From Nemertoderma westbladi (taxonomy: Eukaryota; Animalia; Xenacoelomorpha), in the NCBI GenBank assembly GCA_032718475.1, contig JAUCBJ010008643.1, forward strand, positions 1-59,407: a stretch of DNA of 59,407 nt, in the 5' to 3' direction. Under the pieces are notes generated by a model. That model was not told where the DNA came from and searched no databases. It worked only from the letters and a program-made list of their open reading frames with translations. Made by a program: the position numbers and the translations under genes. Of the stretch, positions 52,444 to 59,407 are shown piece by piece; within the stretch, counting starts at the first letter, position 1, and every line of letters starts with the position of its first letter.

Positions 52444-52462
52444 TGCTTTATTTTATTTGTAG

Positions 52463-54976
52463 GAAGATAAGGAAGTAGAAGAGCTGAACAGCAACACAAG
52501 CATGGATTATCATACCAGCAACCAGGATTACCCTAGCAACGCATCTTACATCAGTACCCATAGTAACCAGACGTACCTAGACTCAATCCAAATTAACCAA
52601 GTTAACTTAGAGTCTCATAACAACAGCGATTTCCTTGGTGATTCCCGTAGCAACCGTGACTCGCCCCGGCACAGCAGCCCCCGAGTCCCACCCACGCAGT
52701 CCTTTAGTCCGGCCCCGACCCGGTCTCCCGTATGCTTTACTAAAACCGCCCCGCGGCTCCAAGCCATAAAGGAGTCGTGTAACCAACCCGCCCCGCCCCA
52801 TTGTGAGTTGGTCGTCGCGGAAACTGTTGCCAAGGGTACCGGGGACCACGTTGCCACGGATACCTGTGCCTCCGTCACTATGGATACCGACGACCCAGTT
52901 GCTACTCGCGACTCAGCAGTGCAGTGCAGCAGCGCGGCGTCCCCATTCCACGCGATGTTGTTACAGACCCTCCCGATCCCAGTAGAGTCGATAGACAGCG
53001 CCACCTTCCAGGAGGAGGATGAACTCACTAATTTATTCAACGAGTCCTCCGCGGAATCCAGACGCCCCCCTGGCAACTCGTCTACCAATAGGAAGCCGTC
53101 GCCGTTGGAGACCCTTGATCGCTACCTCCGATTCGGAGACGCGCCCGAGGATGAGATAACTGTCCCGTTGTCCAACGCCGCGGATCTCACGCACTTCGGT
53201 GGCACGCCGCCCCCCGACGAGGTATGCCTCCTCCGCACCCGCCTCCAACTCATGTACAACCAGCTGCTGTACGAGCGCAACCGGAGTCGCGAGTGCGCAG
53301 CACACGCGCGGCTGTTGCATGCGCGCCGTCTGGGCTCCCGGCAGCGGGTCGCCCTCGAGGCGAACCGCACCGAGACGCGGATAGTCGCACAGCTCGAGAG
53401 CGAGGTCACCCGACTCGCCGTCGAGCTCGCTCGGCTCACATCGGAAGTGAAGGGGGCGGGGAAACAACCGGAAGTTATGTCATCGTCAGAACCGAAAGTG
53501 TTACTGCCTATATCTGTACAGCCAGTAACATCGTATCAGATAGACGCGCGACCGGAAGCTCTCTCTATTATCCCTGCCTTGGATCTCCTGGAAGCGAACG
53601 CACGATTGGAGAACCGAGTCAGCGAGTTGCAGACCGAACTATCGGGGGTGGAACTAGAGTTGGGGGACACTCGCCGGCAGTGGGAGGAGTTGGAACATCG
53701 GCACTTCGAGGCGATGCGGGACAATGATCGTCTCGTAAAGGAAGCCGACCAGGTTAAGGAACTCAAGGAGCGCGTGGAGAAACTGACGGCAAACTTGGGT
53801 TTAGTTTGCGAGGCTAACTCTCGTTATCGGGAGGCGTTGTCTAGTCCACGGGAGGGGTTGCGGGACGCGGAACGGGAGCTGTTTGCGAGTTCCTGTCAGT
53901 GCGAGTTGGAGGCGATGCGACGAGGCTGTCAGGAGTCGGTGGCGCACGCCGAGCACTGGAAGGGGGCCGCCGCGCAGCTGGAGGAGGCCGGGAGGCTTCG
54001 GGAGGAGGCAGCCGAGGGGTTGCGAGCGAGGTTGCGGGATGGGGAGGCGGTCTGGGAGGAGAAGAGGAGCGCCATGGAGCGTCGGTACGGGGCCGTGAAG
54101 AAAGTTAATCGGAGGCTTGAGAGGTTGGTCATGGAGTTGAGGGGAACGCTGTGGAACGGCGGGGCTAATGAGGTGGCGGAACGAGAGGGATGTAATTCCG
54201 TCCGGGATTGCGATGTGACCGACTTCGAAATGGAGTATTATAGAGAGTCCGAAGCTTTCGGTCGAGAAAAGAAAAATATTGAGATGCTCCGGGTGGACGA
54301 TTTCGTGGATGGAGTAGTGCCAGTGGCGGGAAAGGAAGGGTATTCGTACTGGGAATCACGTGATGTTGTCAACGAGTCGGATTCGAACCGGAAACAGAAC
54401 GTACCTGAGTCGGAGTCGGTTCGGCACCGGAACGTACCTGAGTCGGAGTTGGTTCGGCACCGGATCGTACCTGAGTCGGTTTGGACCCGGAACGTACCGG
54501 ATTCGGTTCGGAACCGGATCATACCGGAGTCGGAACCGGATCGAGCGAACCGCGCCGGTCGCAGTATCAGCGTGGAGTCGGACGGACCCCCGCTGCTACT
54601 CGGTGTCGGTTCGTCTCCGACCGGGGTCGGAACCTTCCACAGCAGTTCCGAATCCGCGGCCACCAACGGAACCGCCACCGACGAAATTCCTCCCGTTCTC
54701 TCGGACAATAACCAATTAGCGCTGAGCTCTTCTCCCTTCTATCGGTCTCTAGGACAACGTCGAGCCTCGATGCACTCTCTACCGTCGGCCTACCCCCCGG
54801 AATCTCAAATCGCGCCGTTGATTTTCACCAAGGTGCAATCGAGGAGTTTAGATCGAAGGTCCTCCTTCGATATCGCAGCCTTCCAGAAACAACTGGAACC
54901 ACCGCAGCTGCCCACTTCAATGAAACCAATACGCCCAATAGGTTTGCAGTTACAGATACGCAGTGAAATGCTTTAA
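52463..54976 (+). CDS. TSC1: Hamartin terminal coding exon 10 (coiled-coil region)
   Basis: SPLETLDRYL and DLTHFGGTPPPDEVCLLRTRLQLMYNQLLYER (human [32 protein letters not shown]), then a long coiled coil. The ten exons sum to 4098 nt. Confidence 0.95.
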   Translation, partial: EDKEVEELNSNTSMDYHTSNQDYPSNASYISTHSNQTYLDSIQINQVNLESHNNSDFLGDSRSNRDSPRHSSPRVPPTQSFSPAPTRSPVCFTKTAPRLQAIKESCNQPAPPHCELVVAETVAKGTGDHVATDTCASVTMDTDDPVATRDSAVQCSSAASPFHAMLLQTLPIPVESIDSATFQEEDELTNLFNESSAESRRPPGNSSTNRKPSPLETLDRYLRFGDAPEDEITVPLSNAADLTHFGGTPPPDEVCLLRTRLQLMYNQLLYERNRSRECAAHARLLHARRLGSRQRVALEANRTETRIVAQLESEVTRLAVELARLTSEVKGAGKQPEVMSSSEPKVLLPISVQPVTSYQIDARPEALSIIPALDLLEANARLENRVSELQTELSGVELELGDTRRQWEELEHRHFEAMRDNDRLVKEADQVKELKERVEKLTANLGLVCEANSRYREALSSPREGLRDAERELFASSCQCELEAMRRGCQESVAHAEHWKGAAAQLEEAGRLREEAAEGLRARLRDGEAVWEEKRSAMERRYGAVKKVNRRLERLVMELRGTLWNGGANEVAEREGCNSVRDCDVTDFEMEYYRESEAFGREKKNIEMLRVDDFVDGVVPVAGKEGYSYWESRDVVNESDSNRKQNVPESESVRHRNVPESELVRHRIVPESVWTRNVPDSVRNRIIPESEPDRANRAGRSISVESDGPPLLLGVGSSPTGVGTFHSSSESAATNGTATDEIPPVLSDNNQLALSSSPFYRSLGQRRASMHSLPSAYPPESQIAPLIFTKVQSRSLDRRSSFDIAAFQKQLEPPQLPTSMKPIRPIGLQLQIRSEML

Positions 54977-54997
54977 AACCCACCGATTTGATGTGAA

Positions 54998-55003
54998 AAT
55001 AAA
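54998..55003 (+). promoter_or_regulatory. Candidate polyadenylation signal for TSC1
   Basis: AATAAA about 20 nt after the stop, followed by GT/T-rich sequence. A second AATAAA lies at ~55139. Confidence 0.45.
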
Positions 55004-55284
55004 TTGTGCCGCGTGTTTCATGTTTATTATTTTGTAACGATTATTTATTATGTACAACTTGTTCTACCCAATGATTTGGTGTAATAATTGATTATGATGG
55101 ATATTGAATACTCTTTTATCGCTGAATATTTGTTTAATAATAAACAAGAAGATGACAAATTCATTTTTTTATTGGGGTTATTATTCGAGAGTGATGTTTT
55201 AGTTTTGGAATTAAATTTGCTCACAAATTTGAAGCAGAGCGGTTCAAACGAAATCCTACTAAATTTCGCAGCAATATTTTTATC

Positions 55285-57520
55285 CATACATCCATACAGA
55301 CACATGTAGATGCACCCCCAAGTAACTCCATACAGACACAGTATATAGTACCCCAAGTAACTCCATACAGACACAGTAGATGTACCCCAGGTAACTCCAT
55401 ACAGACACACTATATAGTTGTACCCCAGGCTAACTCCATACAGACCAGACACAGGAGATGTACCCCAGGTAACTCCATACAGACACAGGAGATGTACCCC
55501 AGGCTAACTCCATACAGACACAGGAGATATACCCCAAGTAACTCCATACAGACACATTAGATGTACCCCAGGCTAACTCCATACAGACAAGGAGATGTAC
55601 CCCAGGTAACTCCACACAGACACAGGAGATGTACCCCAGGCTAACTCCATACAGACATAGGAGATGTACCCCAGGTAACTCCATACAGACACAGGAGATG
55701 TACCCCAGGTAACTCCATACAGACACAGGAGATGTACCCCAGGTAACTCCATACAGACACAGGAGATGTACCCCAGGTAACTCCATACAGACACAGGAGA
55801 TGTACCCCAGGTAACTCCATACAGACACAGGAGATGTACCCCAGGTAACTCCATACAGACACAGGAGATGTACCCCAGGTAACTCCATACAGACACAGGA
55901 GATGTACCCCAGGTAACTCCATACAGACACAGGAGATGTACCCCAGGTAACTCCATACAGACACAGGAGATGTACCCCAGGTAACTCCATACAGACACAG
56001 GAGATGTACCCCAGGTAACTCCATACAGACACAGGAGATGTACCCCAGGCTAACTCCATACAGACACAGGAGATGTACCCCAAGTAACTCCATACAATCA
56101 CTGTAGATGTACCCCAGGCTAACTCCATACAGACACAGGAGATGTACCCCAGGTAACTCCATACAGACACAGGAGATGTACCCCAGGCTAACACCATACA
56201 GACACAAGAGATGTACCCCAGGTAACTCCATACAGACACAGGCGATGTACCCCAAGTAACTCCATACCGACACAGGAGATGTACCCCAGGTAACTCCATA
56301 CAGACACAGGAGATGTACCCCAGGTAACTCCATACAGACACAGGAGATGTACCCCAGGTAACTCCATACAGACACAGGAGATGTACCCCAGGTAACTCCA
56401 TACAGACACAGGAGATGTACCCCAGGCTAACTCTATACAGACACAGGAGATGTACCCCAAGTAACTCCATACAATCACTGTAGATGTACCCCAGGCTAAC
56501 TCCATACAGACACAGGAGATGTACCCCAGGTAACTCCATACAGACACAGGAGATGTACCCCAGGCTAACACCATACAGACACAAGAGATGTACCCCAGGT
56601 AACTCCATACAGACACAGGCGATGTACCCCAAGTAACTCCATACCGACACAGGAGATGTACCCCAGGTAACTCCATACAGACACAGGAGATGTACCCCAG
56701 GCTAACTCCATACAGACACAGGAGATGTACCCCAGGCTAACTCCATACAGACACAGTAGATGTACCCCAAGTAACTCCGTAGTCATAGGAGATGTACCCC
56801 AAGTAACTCCATACAGACACAGTAGATGTACCCCAGGTAACTCCATACAGTCATAGGAGATGTACCCCAGGTTAACTCAATAGGCCCTACAGACACAGTA
56901 TATAGTAGTTAACTCCATACAGACACAGGAGATAGTATCCCAAGTAACTCCATACACGTCATAGATGTACCCCAGGTTAACTCAATACAGACACATAGTA
57001 GCTAACTCCATACAGGCACAGGAGATTGTATCCCAAGTAACTCCATACCGACACAGGAGATGTACCCCAGGTAACTCCATACAGACACAGGAGATGTACC
57101 CCAGGCTAACTCCATACAGACACAGGAGATGTACCCCAGGCTAACTCCATACAGACACAGTAGATGTACCCCAAGTAACTCCGTAGTCATAGGAGATGTA
57201 CCCCAAGTAACTCCATACAGACACAGTAGATGTACCCCAGGTAACTCCATACAGTCATAGGAGATGTACCCCAGGTTAACTCAATAGGCCCTACAGACAC
57301 AGTATATAGTAGTTAACTCCATACAGACACAGGAGATAGTATCCCAAGTAACTCCATACAGTCATAGATGTACCCCAGGTTAACTCAATACAGACACATA
57401 GTAGCTAACTCCATACAGGCACAGGAGATTGTACCCCAAGTAACTCCATAGAGTCATAGGAGGTGTACCCCAGGGTAACTTCAATACAGACACAGGAGAT
57501 AGTAACCCATGCAAACTCAA
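55285..57520. repeat. 34/35-bp satellite CCATACAGACACAGGAGATGTACCCCAGG(C)TAACT
   Basis: About 60 tandem units with higher-order duplications at the right end. Confidence 0.97.
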
Positions 57521-57642
57521 TACATTTTACTATTAACACGTTGTGTGCCCATTACTCTGGTTCTACATCATGGAATTTTATAAAAAATTTCCAGAAGGGC
57601 GGAGTAGTATCGAGATACACCTGGAACCTAATAAAATTTAAT

Positions 57643-57950
57643 ATTATAAGTAATTCAACAGGACTAAGGATGATCCAACTCTATAGCAAATGGAGCGGAA
57701 AAAATGAATTCACCACCAGCGGGGATCGAACCCGCGTCTCCCGATAAACGTTCAGGTATGCTAACCACTACACCACCTCCGTGGTGTAGTTGTATGCTAG
57801 CCACTACACCACCTCCGTGGTGTAGTGGTTAGCATACCTGAACGTTTATCGGGAGACGCGGGTTCGATCCCCGCTGGTGGCGAATTTATTTTTTCCGCTC
57901 CATTTGCTATAGAGTTGGATCATCCTTAGTCCTGTTTAATTACTTATAAT
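57643..57950. mobile_element. Palindrome of two head-to-head tRNA-derived units
   Basis: The ~134-bp arms are near-perfect reverse complements. Each has GTGGTGTAGTGGTTAGCA (A box) and GGTTCGATCCC (B box). Confidence 0.85.
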
Positions 57951-58035
57951 TTATACAATCTATGGATGTTACACATATACAATAAAATTTAATATTGTTT
58001 TTGTGTCAGTGTATGACAAGTAAATGACAGTAAAC

Positions 58036-58180
58036 GGCGGGGTAGCTCAGTTGGTTGAGCGCCGGGCCTGCAAAGAATTGGTTGTAGGTTCAGCCCCGCC
58101 AGGTCCACTCAGCCTTTCATCAACTGGGGTCGATAAAATGAGTACCAGTTAAATAACTGGGAGCAAATCTTAGGGTAGCA
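58036..58180 (+). mobile_element. tRNA-derived SINE with a conserved central core (MetaSINE-like)
   Basis: GGTAGCTCAGTTGGTTGAGCG head, then CCACTCAGCCTTTCATC...GGGGTCGATAAAATGAGTACCAG. The superfamily label is from memory. Confidence 0.7.
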
Positions 58181-59407
58181 GCTATTGATATAGGAGCCTA
58201 TGTATGTCTTGTCAGCCTTGTCATTGTATGGGGGTCACTTAATTGCACTTAAAAACCAAAAAATAGCACGTTTTCGAAGAAAATATTAGAAATTCATTAA
58301 TTGTTTTAGCAAAATTTCCGATATGGGGTTTTCCTTTTTACTGGTTTCATTTCTGATGTCAATTTTAATGTTTGACAGAATCTCGAACGTCTGTATGTCT
58401 GTCTCTATGTACGTTGGTCTGTCTTGACAGACATATGGACAGACAAGACAAATATATAGACATACTAGACTGAGTCAAATAGGATAACACCAGAAAAGAA
58501 ATCAGCGAGCATAAAAACGATTTAAGAGTCCTATATTCGGACTGAGTGGACCTAAATTAGCTTAAAGGGGACCTAAGCTCGTAGTTAATTCGTCTTATTA
58601 CTTCGTGGGCGCTATTGAATTGAATTCATGAAAACAGCTATTATTATTAATCAATTGACACCTCGACTCCTCTCTGAGATTCCGACTACTCTATCCGATA
58701 GAATAAAATAATCATTTCGCTAACTGCTCTCTATCTTCGATAATCACAATTTATAATTCATTAGATGACTACAACATAATAATTATAGTTTGAAGTTGTC
58801 TAGAAAATATCTCGTACACCACCGGGACTACCCTCACACGAATTTATCAAAAAAACAGGTAAACAAAGTCTTACACCCCACAAACCAACAAAAAACATTG
58901 AGTGGAATACAGTATTTTCAACTTATTTATCAAACAGAACAAAAAGGTTTGACTTGACTCGTACTGTCCCTTACTACTTGCTTTACGGCGGGCCGCTAGC
59001 TTTAGTAGTCTTGTGTAACAACCATCATTTTTTGGAACAGAACCGAATATGTTAAACAGAAAACTTGTATCTGATTGTAGCAGTCTTGGAAATAGTTATT
59101 GTGAACATTCCAGAGATTATTGTAGTTTACAAAATATTAGGGTTGCAATCAGCCGAAACAAATGTAATCCAGTCTTAATGCGTACTTACGTCATGAATAT
59201 ATTTAAAACAGATGTTACAAATTGTAATTTAGAAATATGATTAGTTAATTATTTGGAACGAATTCCATCCTACTGATAATAATTGACGTTGTAATTTTTA
59301 CCATTACGGAATTGCAGATGTTACAGGTACTAATCAAAAGACAAATAATTGAAATATTGTGGCAGTATAATATCCAGGCAGTAGTTAGCCTACACCAGTA
59401 TGCAACA

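Noticed and set aside
55048-57250. Minus-strand Cys/Tyr-rich ORFs up to 406 aa
   Set aside because: These are translations of the 34-bp satellite in multiple frames.
57815-58105. Functional tRNA genes
   Set aside because: The acceptor and anticodon stems do not pair properly, and the units continue into SINE-like bodies.

Overview
Eukaryotic (animal, probably invertebrate) genomic DNA. The left half holds two divergently oriented BEL/Pao LTR retroelements. Element A (minus strand, 1..~11650, running off the left edge) has gag-PR-RT-RH-IN, interrupted by a 479-bp solo LTR with a 6-bp TSD. It also carries six copies of a 20-nt hairpin that is read in different frames and shows a compensatory stem change. 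Element B (plus strand, 12366..28333) has near-identical 1176-bp LTRs and a gag-protease frame from which RT, most of RNase H and integrase are deleted in frame. It carries an extra ~1345-codon 3' ORF of unknown function with CCHC zinc knuckles and a basic tail, and it sits inside one arm of a large inverted-repeat element. The right half holds RTE-like LINE 3' ends, several satellites, hAT-type elements/MITEs, tRNA-derived SINEs, and a 10-coding-exon TSC1 (hamartin) gene (37942..54976, ~1365 aa). That gene has a GC-AG intron containing a 65-bp satellite built around the ETS-CRE motif CCGGAAGTGACGT. All calls come from manual reading; no database searches were run.
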